Positions 8,374 through 17,155 of a stretch of DNA of 32,000 bases are shown here, piece by piece. Positions within the stretch are counted from its first letter, which is position 1. The number at the start of each line of letters is the position of its first letter. A program made the position numbers and the translations under genes. The DNA is from Candidatus Pelagibacter ubique HTCC1062. Its GTDB lineage: Bacteria; Pseudomonadota; Alphaproteobacteria; Pelagibacterales; Pelagibacteraceae. A model generated the notes under the pieces. It saw only the letters and a list, made by a program, of their open reading frames with translations. It searched no databases and was not told the origin of the DNA. The stretch is from NCBI RefSeq assembly GCF_000012345.1, contig NC_007205.1, positions 1,260,001 through 1,292,000 of the forward strand, given 5' to 3'.

Positions 8374-10592
8374 TTAATTAAAGGCTTTCCTGTTGCTAGT
8401 GTGTGTTTAATACGGTCTTGAGTTTCTTTTGTCTCTATTAATCTCATGAAAGCATCCAATTCTAATTTAAATAAATCATCTTCTGATAAAGTTTTATCTA
8501 TAGTTGTATCTCCTCCACTCAAAACATGAGCGAGTTCTTTTGCAACAGTAACACCGTGATCACGAATTATTTTTTCATTATAAAGGTTTTCTATAATTTT
8601 ATTCATTTCTATTAAAATTTCTTTTCCTGGTAGTTTAAATTCAGTCTCTGATGGAGTTTTAAATTCTTTATTGTCGTCTAAGATCTTTTTTGAAACTTCT
8701 AGTAAACTATTTCTATTCATTATTTTTTTATCTTCTGGTCTTAAATATTTTAATGGTTCTGCCTCAATTGGTGAAGTTGCTGTTTTTCCATAACCAATAA
8801 TATCAAATACTTTAAGTGGTGCATAATGAGGATCTTTTTTAGCCTCGTCTGTATCAAGCCATCTTGCCAACATTTCCTTACATCCACCTCCAGCTGGTAT
8901 CAGTCCAACTATTGTTTCCACTAATCCAACTACAATATTTGTATGTGAAGCAACAAAATTACTTTGGACCATTACTTCAAATCCACCTCCAAGAGTTAAA
9001 CCTGATGGTGCAGATATCACCGGGTGATTAGAATACTTAAGATGCTTGCAGGTTTCTTGAAAATATCTAATAAATTTTTCTATGGATTTAAAATCATTTT
9101 TGTTCGCAAAATCCATTGTATAACTCAAGTTTACTCCAGCAGAAAACTGCATGCTTTCATTTATTATAATCAAAGGTTTGTCTGTAGCTTTTTTTAAAGC
9201 ATCCATTGAATCATAATCTAGAGCATTTGCTTTAGTGGTAAACTCAACAATATTATAATCATTAAATCTATATATCTGTGCTGAACTGTTTCCATCTACA
9301 CTTAATGCTTTCTTTTTAGCTTTTCCAAACGTTTCAATGTCAGTGTATTTTTGTCTAGATCCATAAAAATCTTGATTTCTATTTTTAGATAAATTTTCTA
9401 AAAAAGCATTTCCCTTAAAGTCGTCTATTTTACCAAAAAAAGTTTCAACTCCGATTTCTTCTAACATTTCAAATGGACCTTTAGTCCAATTAAAACCTAA
9501 TCTCATTGCTTCATCAATATCATTGAAATCTTTTGTAATTGATGGAACTAAAGAAGAAGCATATTTGATAATCTTAGAAATAACAGACCAAGCATACTCA
9601 CCATACTTATCCTCTCTAGAAATTAATTCTTTAAGGTCTATTTTGTCTGATTTAATATTAATTTTTTTACTTGCAGAGTATTTTCCAGTTTCAAGATTAA
9701 TTGCTTCCATAACCTTAACTTCACCAGTTTTATTAACTCTATAAAATCCGCCCTTGCCTTTTCGACCGGTATATCCTGTTTCAATTAATTTTTTTACTAA
9801 AGGAATTTCTTTTGCAACTACTTGAAAAGGGTCATTTTCTGATAATTCTTTAATAAAACTTTTTAAAACATCGGCCATTAAATCAATACCAATTAAGTCA
9901 TAAAGACCAAACACACCTGTTTTTGGTATACCCATTGGTCTTCCAAAAATTGCATCAGCTTCTTCTATGCTAAGTTTCATTTTAAAAGCTTCATTCATTG
10001 CAACTTGCATTGCAAAAACACCTATTCTATTTCCTAAAAAGCCTGGCGTGTCATTACAAATAATTGCACCTTTTCCAAGTTCTGTTTCACAAAAAGCTTT
10101 TAGAGAGTTTATTTTATCTAAATCATTATTTTCATTTTTAACTATCTCTAATAATCCCATGTATCTGACTGGATTAAAAAAGTGAGTAATGCAAAAATCT
10201 TTTTTTTCTTCCTCTGATAAGTGTTGAGATAATATTTTGATAGGAATGGATGAAGTGTTTGAAGATACTATCGCACCTTTTTTTCTTTCTTTGAAAATTT
10301 TTTTATAGATATCATGTTTAATATCTATTCTTTCAACAACAGCTTCTACTACCCAGTCAGCTTCTTTTACTTCATCAAAATTATCTAAAATGTTTCCTAC
10401 TTTAATATTTTTTATTTTGGACTTATCTAACAAAAGTGGCGGTCTCGATTTGTAAATTTTATCTCGTGCTTGCTCACTTATTTCAGTTTTTAAATCTAGT
10501 AAAGTTACTGGAATATTTGCATTACACAAATGCGCTGCAATTCCACTACCCATAGTTCCTGAACCTATAACTACTACTTTTTTAATTTCCAT
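8370..10592 (-). CDS. Fused 3-hydroxyacyl-CoA dehydrogenase (N-terminal) and enoyl-CoA hydratase/crotonase-like (C-terminal) protein
   Basis: 740 aa. The N-terminal Rossmann motif VVIGSGTMGSGIAAH and the HFFNPV motif are typical of 3-hydroxyacyl-CoA dehydrogenases. The C-terminal part carries the crotonase-like GLTLGGGFEV and GLIPAGGG. Domain order is reversed relative to E. coli FadB. Confidence 0.8.
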   Translation of the reverse strand: MEIKKVVVIGSGTMGSGIAAHLCNANIPVTLLDLKTEISEQARDKIYKSRPPLLLDKSKIKNIKVGNILDNFDEVKEADWVVEAVVERIDIKHDIYKKIFKERKKGAIVSSNTSSIPIKILSQHLSEEEKKDFCITHFFNPVRYMGLLEIVKNENNDLDKINSLKAFCETELGKGAIICNDTPGFLGNRIGVFAMQVAMNEAFKMKLSIEEADAIFGRPMGIPKTGVFGLYDLIGIDLMADVLKSFIKELSENDPFQVVAKEIPLVKKLIETGYTGRKGKGGFYRVNKTGEVKVMEAINLETGKYSASKKINIKSDKIDLKELISREDKYGEYAWSVISKIIKYASSLVPSITKDFNDIDEAMRLGFNWTKGPFEMLEEIGVETFFGKIDDFKGNAFLENLSKNRNQDFYGSRQKYTDIETFGKAKKKALSVDGNSSAQIYRFNDYNIVEFTTKANALDYDSMDALKKATDKPLIIINESMQFSAGVNLSYTMDFANKNDFKSIEKFIRYFQETCKHLKYSNHPVISAPSGLTLGGGFEVMVQSNFVASHTNIVVGLVETIVGLIPAGGGCKEMLARWLDTDEAKKDPHYAPLKVFDIIGYGKTATSPIEAEPLKYLRPEDKKIMNRNSLLEVSKKILDDNKEFKTPSETEFKLPGKEILIEMNKIIENLYNEKIIRDHGVTVAKELAHVLSGGDTTIDKTLSEDDLFKLELDAFMRLIETKETQDRIKHTLATGKPLIN

Positions 10593-10648
10593 AAGATTTA
10601 AAAATTGAAGAATTGTTTATAATAAAAAAAATGATCTTAGTAAATCAA

Positions 10649-11503
10649 TTACCTATTAATTCCTCTTAGTCTTTCAGACCTTCTTCTTAAAAGTTCTGCA
10701 CTAACAAGAATTAATGTGGACATTATAATTAAACAAGTTGCCACTGCCATTATTGTTGGGCTTAGCTGTTCCCTTAGACCAACCCACATTTGAATTGGAA
10801 TAGTAGTGTTTTCAAGTCCTGCTAAGAATAACACAACAACAACTTCATCAAATGAAGTTACAAAGGCAAATAATGCACCAGAAATAACACCAGGTAAAAT
10901 TAATGGTAATGTTATTTTCATAAAAGTATTAACTGGATTACTCCCCAAACTTGATGCAGCACGTGTTACACTATGATCAAAACCTGTTAAAGTTGCTGTA
11001 ACTGTAATAACTACAAACGGTGTACCCAAAATAATATGAGATAAAATTATTCCTGTATGTGTTGCAGCTAAACCTACTTTTGCCATAAAGAAGAATATTG
11101 CTGTTCCTGAGATAATTAATGGCACAATCATTGGAGATATTAATAAAGCCATGAACGCTGCTTTATATGGCATATGCCTACTACTTAACCCTAGAGCAGC
11201 TACCGTTCCAAGTACTGTAGATCCAATTGTAGCAAAGAAAGCTATTATTAAACTGTTTTTTGTCGCAAGTCCCCAAGGATTTTTAGTCCCATAGATCATG
11301 TCTTCGTACCATCTTAATGAAAATGCGTCTGGGTCAAGGGCTATCATTCCCTTGGAAAAGTGAATGTATTGTTCTGCATTAAATGAAAGTGGTAAAATTA
11401 CAAATAGCGGTGCTATTAAAAAGAAAAATACCAACCCACAAATTGTTAAATAAGTATAATGCCAAATTCTATAATTCCAGGATGTGTAAGTTGGTAATGC
11501 CAT
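10649..11503 (-). CDS. ABC transporter permease, PotC/PotI-like
   Basis: 284 aa and six hydrophobic segments. The EAA-type loop is TRAASSLGSNPVNTFMKITLPLILPG. Confidence 0.85.
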   Translation of the reverse strand: MALPTYTSWNYRIWHYTYLTICGLVFFFLIAPLFVILPLSFNAEQYIHFSKGMIALDPDAFSLRWYEDMIYGTKNPWGLATKNSLIIAFFATIGSTVLGTVAALGLSSRHMPYKAAFMALLISPMIVPLIISGTAIFFFMAKVGLAATHTGIILSHIILGTPFVVITVTATLTGFDHSVTRAASSLGSNPVNTFMKITLPLILPGVISGALFAFVTSFDEVVVVLFLAGLENTTIPIQMWVGLREQLSPTIMAVATCLIIMSTLILVSAELLRRRSERLRGINR

Positions 11504-11506
11504 AAT

Positions 11507-12754
11507 TTATCCTAGTTTAATATTATCAATTCCCACTAATTTATTATAGATCCAGTAGATTGTTAACACTCCAACTAACAGCATAGAACCTAATGCTGCA
11601 GCAAACGACCAATCTAAAGAACTCTTCATATGATACGCAATCGTATTACTAATCAATGATCCACTCGCTCCACCAACTAATGCTGGAGTGATATAGTAAC
11701 CTATAGCTAAAATAAAAACTAATAAACAGCCTGCACCAATTCCTGGAATTGTTAATGGAAAATAAATTTGTCTAAATGCAGTAAATGGAGTTCCACCTAA
11801 TGATTTTCCAGCTCTCATTAAACTTGGAGATATTGTTTTCATCACACTGTAAAGTGGCAAAACCATAAAAGGTAATAAAATTTGTGTCATTGCAACAAAA
11901 GTGCCAACAACATTATACATTAACTCAGGTCTATTATCATCAGCAGCCCAACCTAGCCAAACAATTAGATCGTTTATAGGGCCCTGTTGTTGAAGTAAAA
12001 CCATCCAGCTAGAAGTTCTAACTAATAATGATGTCCAAAAGGGCAACAACACACATATCATCAATAAATTACTATATTTCATTGGTAGTGTGGCCAATAA
12101 ATGTGAAATTGGGTAAGCAAGCAAAAAGCAGAATACAGTTACCCAAAATGCAACTTTTATAGTTCTTAACCAGAGGATTTTATGAATTCTCCTGTCTTCA
12201 TCTTGTTGAATAATATTTCTGTCTTGATCAAATTTTAAATCAAGACCTTTTAGATATTTTGCATAAGACCAATTTGGAGCAGTATTCTTTAAAGCAATCC
12301 AATAATCCACGTTTCTCCATATTTTATGGGTTGCCATAAATTGTTCTTTATAATTAGCTTTTTCAAATTTTTTAATTTTTCTATTTGTTTTTTTTAATCC
12401 ACTACTAAAACCAGATTTTTCATAGTTTAATCTCTGATATAATTTTCCAGCTTCCTTGTTTATAGCCAATGGATAGAAATCTTTATAAAACGCCTCATAA
12501 GTTGCTTCATCAGGCAATTCTTTTCCATCCCATTTTTCTAAAGCAGCAAATGTGTTAGGTAATTTTTGTGTGATCATACGATCATCTACACTTCTAAATA
12601 GCATGTCTCCTATTGGAAATATGTATGTAATTATAAGGAATAAAAATAACGGACCTACAAGCATTAAAGCCTTTAGCTTATTTTTTCTCTCAGCTTTTTT
12701 TAGGCTTATCTCTAGAGGTATCCCGTCTGATGATAATATTTTTTCTGTACTCAT
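11507..12754 (-). CDS. ABC transporter permease, PotB/PotH-like, with a large hydrophilic insertion after TM1
   Basis: 415 aa. The EAA loop is MRAGKSLGGTPFTAFRQIYFPLTIPG. About 135 hydrophilic residues lie between the first and second hydrophobic segments. Classical PotB proteins are roughly 130 aa shorter. Confidence 0.8.
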   Translation of the reverse strand: MSTEKILSSDGIPLEISLKKAERKNKLKALMLVGPLFLFLIITYIFPIGDMLFRSVDDRMITQKLPNTFAALEKWDGKELPDEATYEAFYKDFYPLAINKEAGKLYQRLNYEKSGFSSGLKKTNRKIKKFEKANYKEQFMATHKIWRNVDYWIALKNTAPNWSYAKYLKGLDLKFDQDRNIIQQDEDRRIHKILWLRTIKVAFWVTVFCFLLAYPISHLLATLPMKYSNLLMICVLLPFWTSLLVRTSSWMVLLQQQGPINDLIVWLGWAADDNRPELMYNVVGTFVAMTQILLPFMVLPLYSVMKTISPSLMRAGKSLGGTPFTAFRQIYFPLTIPGIGAGCLLVFILAIGYYITPALVGGASGSLISNTIAYHMKSSLDWSFAAALGSMLLVGVLTIYWIYNKLVGIDNIKLG

Positions 12755-12768
12755 ATTTAAAATTTTTT

Positions 12769-12800
12769 AAAAAAAAAGGGCGGTTATTTTATAACCGCCC
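12769..12800 (-). terminator. Intrinsic terminator or attenuator just downstream of the binding-protein gene and upstream of the permease genes
   Basis: Perfect 10-bp GC-containing stem GGGCGGTTAT / ATAACCGCCC (12778-12800) with a 3-nt loop. On the minus strand it is followed by a run of 9 T (A-run 12769-12777 on plus). Confidence 0.7.
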
Positions 12801-12838
12801 TAATATTTTATAACAAAAACTTAATCTATAAAACTAAA

Positions 12839-13960
12839 TTATAGACCAGCTTTCATTGCTTCCCATTTTTCACCGATTTCATCTTGGTTATCTGCCCAGA
12901 AATCAGGGTTCATAAGAATGTATCTTTTTGTGTTAGCAGGTGCTGTTGGCATATGTGGTACCATACTTGTTTTACCATCTTTAAACCAAGGCTCTCCAGC
13001 TTCCATAACAGCAATTGAAGATTTTCTCCAAGGTGCGTATGCAATATACTTAGCACTTCCAGCTAAACCTTCTGAGCTAGTCATTTCTCTAAGTACTTTC
13101 ATAGCGCTACCGTCAGCATAACCTGGACCATCTTTAACTAATGCAAAATATTCATAGTCAAGAATTTGTCCATCCCATACTTGTACAAGTGGAGTTCCTT
13201 CCATTTGCGCATTAAAGAATCTACCGTTCCAACCAGTTGCCATTACTACTTCACCATTAGCTAGTAGTTCTGGTGGTTGAGCTCCAGCATTCCAGAATAC
13301 ACATCCACCATTTGGATCTGTACAAAGTGCTTTAAGCTTGTTCATAGCTCTATCAATACCGCCGTCAGCATCAAGTTTTCTGTAAGTTAAGTCAGAACCT
13401 TTACCAGGGTTTACACCGTCTGCAGTGATAGCAATCTCTAAGTTAGACATTGCACCTTTGTAAATTGCTCTTTTACCAGGGAAGTTTTTAGTATCAAAAA
13501 AGTCTTTCAATGAGTTAGGCTTTTTAGCACCGATTGTTGCATCGTTATAAGCATAGTTCCAAGAGTACAGAATGTTTCCAACTGCACATTTTGAAGGCAT
13601 GCTTGTAAAGAAGTCCTGACTTGCAGGTGTTCCATCTGGAGCAGGTGCAAAGTCTTTATCAAAATCGAATTCATGGAAAATTCCTTCGTCACATCCAACG
13701 ATAGTGTCTTTTGCGTAAACATCGATGATGTCCCAAGTGATTTTTCCAGCTTCTTTTTGAGCTTTAATTTCTGATAATCCACCAGTGTAGTCTACCCAGT
13801 TTACAGGTATACCTAATTTAGCAGCAGTAGGATCACCATACCCTAATTTTTGACTTTCAGTATAAGCACCACCCCAAGACACTACAGTAACTGCAAATGC
13901 TGAAGTCGTGATAGAAAGTACAAAAGATAGAGCAAGTAATAATTTACTTAATTTTTTCAT
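12839..13960 (-). CDS. Periplasmic substrate-binding protein of an ABC importer (family 1, PotD/PotF-like)
   Basis: 373 aa with the signal peptide MKKLSKLLLALSFVLSITTSAFA. Size and composition fit PotD/PotF-like binding proteins. It has a strong SD (AGGAGAG) and is visibly richer in G/C than its neighbours. Confidence 0.8.
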   Translation of the reverse strand: MKKLSKLLLALSFVLSITTSAFAVTVVSWGGAYTESQKLGYGDPTAAKLGIPVNWVDYTGGLSEIKAQKEAGKITWDIIDVYAKDTIVGCDEGIFHEFDFDKDFAPAPDGTPASQDFFTSMPSKCAVGNILYSWNYAYNDATIGAKKPNSLKDFFDTKNFPGKRAIYKGAMSNLEIAITADGVNPGKGSDLTYRKLDADGGIDRAMNKLKALCTDPNGGCVFWNAGAQPPELLANGEVVMATGWNGRFFNAQMEGTPLVQVWDGQILDYEYFALVKDGPGYADGSAMKVLREMTSSEGLAGSAKYIAYAPWRKSSIAVMEAGEPWFKDGKTSMVPHMPTAPANTKRYILMNPDFWADNQDEIGEKWEAMKAGL

Positions 13961-14094
13961 TTTCTCTCCTATTTAACGTTAACGTTTGTTATTTTATAAA
14001 GTGAAAGTAAAACAATATAGGATACTTTAGTCAACAGGCAATTATGGCTAATTTGCCTTTATTTTATTTATATTTTATTAGGATAGTTTTTAAA

Positions 14095-15183
14095 TTATTT
14101 TGGATCTAAGGCTCTACAGTCAATACTATTCCAGCCTATATCTAGTACATTACCCTTTTTAAGGTCTAATCTTGCAGTACTATTTGGTACTTTAAGGATA
14201 AAATCTTTATTACCTAGTAAGTCAACTCTAAGTCTTGTGTGATCGCCGTGATAAATTATTTCTTCTATTTTTCCTTTATGATTATTATCCATCTTATCTG
14301 AAGGATCTATAATTGCTCTTTCGGGTCTTAGTGAAACTTTAGTCTTATCCCCTTTTGCTTTAACAGCAACTGGATTTGCTAAAATTTCTGTGCCATTTTC
14401 TAATTTAACTTTACATTTATCTCCTGAAATATCTAAAACTTGACCTGAAAATTTATTATTTTCTCCAATGAACTCAGCAACAAACGAATTAACTGGTTTT
14501 TCATACAATTCATCAGGACTTGATAGTTGCTGAACTTTACCATCATTGAAAACTGCAATACGGTTTGACATTGTTAATGCTTCCGTTTGATCGTGTGTAA
14601 CATACACAACTGTTACACCAATACTTTCGTGAATATGTTTAATTTCATATTGCATGCTTTCTCTTAAATTTTTATCTAATGCTCCAAGTGGTTCATCCAT
14701 TAATACCACTTGTGGATCAAAAACTAATGATCTTGCAACAGCAACACGCTGTTGTTGTCCACCTGATAATTGCATCGGCATTCTTGCTTCAAAACCATGA
14801 AGTGAAACCATGGATAAAGCTTTATCTATTTTTTTATCAGCTTCATCTTTTGGAATTTTTCTAACTCTTAATGGAAAAGCTAAATTTTCATAAACAGTCA
14901 TGTGTGGAAATAAAGCATAGTTCTGGAATACCATTCCTATTCCTCTTTTGTGAGGTGGAATATTTGAAATAACCTTACCATCTAAATAAATTTCTCCATG
15001 AGTTGGTGTTTCAAAACCAGCCAGCATCATAAGACAAGTTGTTTTACCAGAACCAGAGGGTCCTAGCATAGTTACAAATTCACCTTCTTCAATGTCTAGA
15101 TTTAATCCTTTAACGACCAATACTTTGCCATCATAGCTCTTGTCTACATTGTCAAATTTTACAAATTCTTTGTTTTTAGTCAT
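14095..15183 (-). CDS. ABC transporter ATP-binding protein, PotA-like
   Basis: 362 aa with Walker A GPSGSGKTT, signature LSGGQQQRVAVAR and Walker B VLMDEPLGALD. It carries a C-terminal TOBE-like regulatory domain. Confidence 0.9.
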   Translation of the reverse strand: MTKNKEFVKFDNVDKSYDGKVLVVKGLNLDIEEGEFVTMLGPSGSGKTTCLMMLAGFETPTHGEIYLDGKVISNIPPHKRGIGMVFQNYALFPHMTVYENLAFPLRVRKIPKDEADKKIDKALSMVSLHGFEARMPMQLSGGQQQRVAVARSLVFDPQVVLMDEPLGALDKNLRESMQYEIKHIHESIGVTVVYVTHDQTEALTMSNRIAVFNDGKVQQLSSPDELYEKPVNSFVAEFIGENNKFSGQVLDISGDKCKVKLENGTEILANPVAVKAKGDKTKVSLRPERAIIDPSDKMDNNHKGKIEEIIYHGDHTRLRVDLLGNKDFILKVPNSTARLDLKKGNVLDIGWNSIDCRALDPK

Positions 15184-15241
15184 ATTTTCTAAATGGATTT
15201 AAAACATTTGTGAGCTTATTTATCAAGTTTTTTTATTTTAA

Positions 15242-16408
15242 TTATTTAATGTGAAGATCTTTTGAAAAATTACAAAATAGCTCACTTCCTTGATCCGTAA
15301 CTCTTATTGCTTCAGAAGCTTCAACTCCCCAATTTCCAAATTGCATAACAGCAATCATATGAAAAGTAATATTTGGCTCTAAAATTGTCATATCTCCTTT
15401 TGATATATTTAAAGTGTGTTCCCCCCAATCAGGTGGGTAACCAATTCCGATAGAATATCCAGTACGAGAGGTTTTCTCTATACCGTACTTATCTAGAACC
15501 TTCCAAAATGCCTGAGCCACATCATCTGCAGTTTTTCCTGGTTTGATAGCATCAATACCTGCCTGCAAGGCTTCGTTTGTTTTTTTCATTGTATCAATTT
15601 TAAGTTGGTCAGCTTTTCCAAGAAGCACTGTTCTTGCCATAGGACAATGGTATTTTTTATGAGAACCTGAAAGTTCAATAATTGTTGCTTCGCCCTCTAC
15701 AAATTTATCTTCTGTCCATGTTAAATGAGATGCTGATGTACCTTTGCCAGTTGGAAGCATTGGAACAATAGACGCATAATCTCCACCAAACTCAGGAGTT
15801 CCCTTTATTAGAGCCGCTTGTATTTCTGATACAGCATCACATTGTCTTACCCCAGGATTGATTACTTCAAAAGCTTTCTTCATTCCTGTTTGAACTATTA
15901 ATGATGCAGCTTTCATTAAATTAATTTCAGTATCTGATTTTACAACTCTAACCCAGTTGACTAATCTTTCACAATCTGAAATTTTTGCATTGGGTAAACC
16001 TGATTTTATTTTTTCATAACAGTAGGCAGTAAAATAATGACTGTCCATTTCAACTCCAATAGAAAGTTTATCCCATTTTCTTTCTTTAATAATATCTGTT
16101 AAAGCTTCATAAGGGTGAAGCGGCCAATTATGAATATATTTTTCACCATACTTTATAATATTTTCATCTTTCAAATAAGTTTTAATATATGCTCCACCAG
16201 CATCTTGGTCTCTAACAAAACATAAGGGCTCATCTGCATTAATATGAACTATGACACATTGGGCATAATAGAATGACCAAGCATCATAACCTGTTAAATA
16301 ATTCATGTTCGATGGATCCTGAGAGATTAATACATCAATGCCTTTATCTTGCATTGATTTTTGAACCTTCTTTAATCTATTTTTGTATTCTTCTTTTGTA
16401 AAATTCAT
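15242..16408 (-). CDS. M24-family (creatinase/Xaa-Pro peptidase fold) hydrolase, ectoine hydrolase DoeA/EutD-like
   Basis: 388 aa with the blocks DPSNMNYLTGYDAWSFY, VNWVRVVKSDTEI, EFGGDYASIVPMLPTG...HLTW, YHCPMARTVLLGK and SRTGYSIGIGYPPDWGEHT. As I recall them, these resemble DoeA/EutD much more than classical creatinase. This rests on memory and was not searched. Confidence 0.65.
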   Translation of the reverse strand: MNFTKEEYKNRLKKVQKSMQDKGIDVLISQDPSNMNYLTGYDAWSFYYAQCVIVHINADEPLCFVRDQDAGGAYIKTYLKDENIIKYGEKYIHNWPLHPYEALTDIIKERKWDKLSIGVEMDSHYFTAYCYEKIKSGLPNAKISDCERLVNWVRVVKSDTEINLMKAASLIVQTGMKKAFEVINPGVRQCDAVSEIQAALIKGTPEFGGDYASIVPMLPTGKGTSASHLTWTEDKFVEGEATIIELSGSHKKYHCPMARTVLLGKADQLKIDTMKKTNEALQAGIDAIKPGKTADDVAQAFWKVLDKYGIEKTSRTGYSIGIGYPPDWGEHTLNISKGDMTILEPNITFHMIAVMQFGNWGVEASEAIRVTDQGSELFCNFSKDLHIK

Positions 16409-17155
16409 TTAGTTAAATTTAAATAGTTTTCCAAAACCTTCAATACTATTTTTATAGCCAATAGCATTTAGACTTTCCCAAATTAATGTTTGATTGCTAG
16501 ATAAAATGACTTTATTCATTTTTTTTTCAAGCTTATCGATTATCGATAATACTGGTAATGCCGTACAAGACACAAATAATGCCTCACTATCTTCTAAATT
16601 AATTTTTGACAAAACTTCAAATAAATATTCTTCATCTACTTTTCCAATATCTAAATCAGACTCAATATCAAAATATGTTAATCCATCAACTGCAATATTT
16701 TCTTTATTAAAATAATTTATAACTGAGTCGTTTATACTTTTTGTATAAGGGGTAAAAACCGATACTTTGTTAATGTTAAAAGCTTTTAAAGCCTTAATAG
16801 CAGATGTAATTGGGGTGGTAACTTTTGCTTCAGGCTTGGCTAACTTCACATTTTTTTCAATCACATCATAACCTGCTGCAATTGTTCCTGATGTACATCC
16901 ATAAGCAACACAATCTATTTTTTGATCTGGTAAAATATCTTTAGTGACATCGGTAATATCATCTGCCATTTTAGCTAACGTTTCGTTGGTCAAGGGATTG
17001 TAACAATGTATTCGATTAACATACAGATCTACATCTCTTCCATAGATCACATTATTAAAATCCTTTTCAATTCTAAAATCGCTACCAAGCGTTATAAGAC
17101 CAATTCTTGGGTTCGATTTTGAAATATATTTTGGCTCAACCTTGTTTAATTTCAT
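16409..17155 (-). CDS. Asp/Glu/hydantoin-racemase superfamily protein (EutA / maleate isomerase / arylmalonate decarboxylase-like)
   Basis: 248 aa. Two Cys-containing motifs, AYGCTSGT and VSCTALPV, sit at the spacing expected for two-Cys racemase/isomerase active sites. There is no gap to the M24 gene (16408/16409). Confidence 0.6.
   Translation of the reverse strand: MKLNKVEPKYISKSNPRIGLITLGSDFRIEKDFNNVIYGRDVDLYVNRIHCYNPLTNETLAKMADDITDVTKDILPDQKIDCVAYGCTSGTIAAGYDVIEKNVKLAKPEAKVTTPITSAIKALKAFNINKVSVFTPYTKSINDSVINYFNKENIAVDGLTYFDIESDLDIGKVDEEYLFEVLSKINLEDSEALFVSCTALPVLSIIDKLEKKMNKVILSSNQTLIWESLNAIGYKNSIEGFGKLFKFN

Noticed and set aside
9523-10185. Two about-72-aa plus-strand ORFs (9523-9744 and 9967-10185)
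   Set aside because: Both are antisense to the 740-aa hydroxyacyl-CoA dehydrogenase fusion, whose frame is supported by Rossmann and crotonase motifs.
12552-13782. ORFs 12552-12770 (+), 12918-13121 (+) and 13507-13782 (-, alternative frame)
   Set aside because: All are embedded in the PotB-like permease or the binding-protein gene, in antisense or shifted frames. Their products are low-complexity with no motifs, and the overlapped genes have strong family signatures.
14679-14864. 61-aa plus-strand ORF inside the PotA-like ATPase gene
   Set aside because: It is antisense to the Walker B/signature-motif region of a clear ABC ATPase.
16494-16715. 73-aa plus-strand ORF inside the EutA-like gene
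   Set aside because: It is an antisense, Ser-rich, low-complexity product with no independent support.
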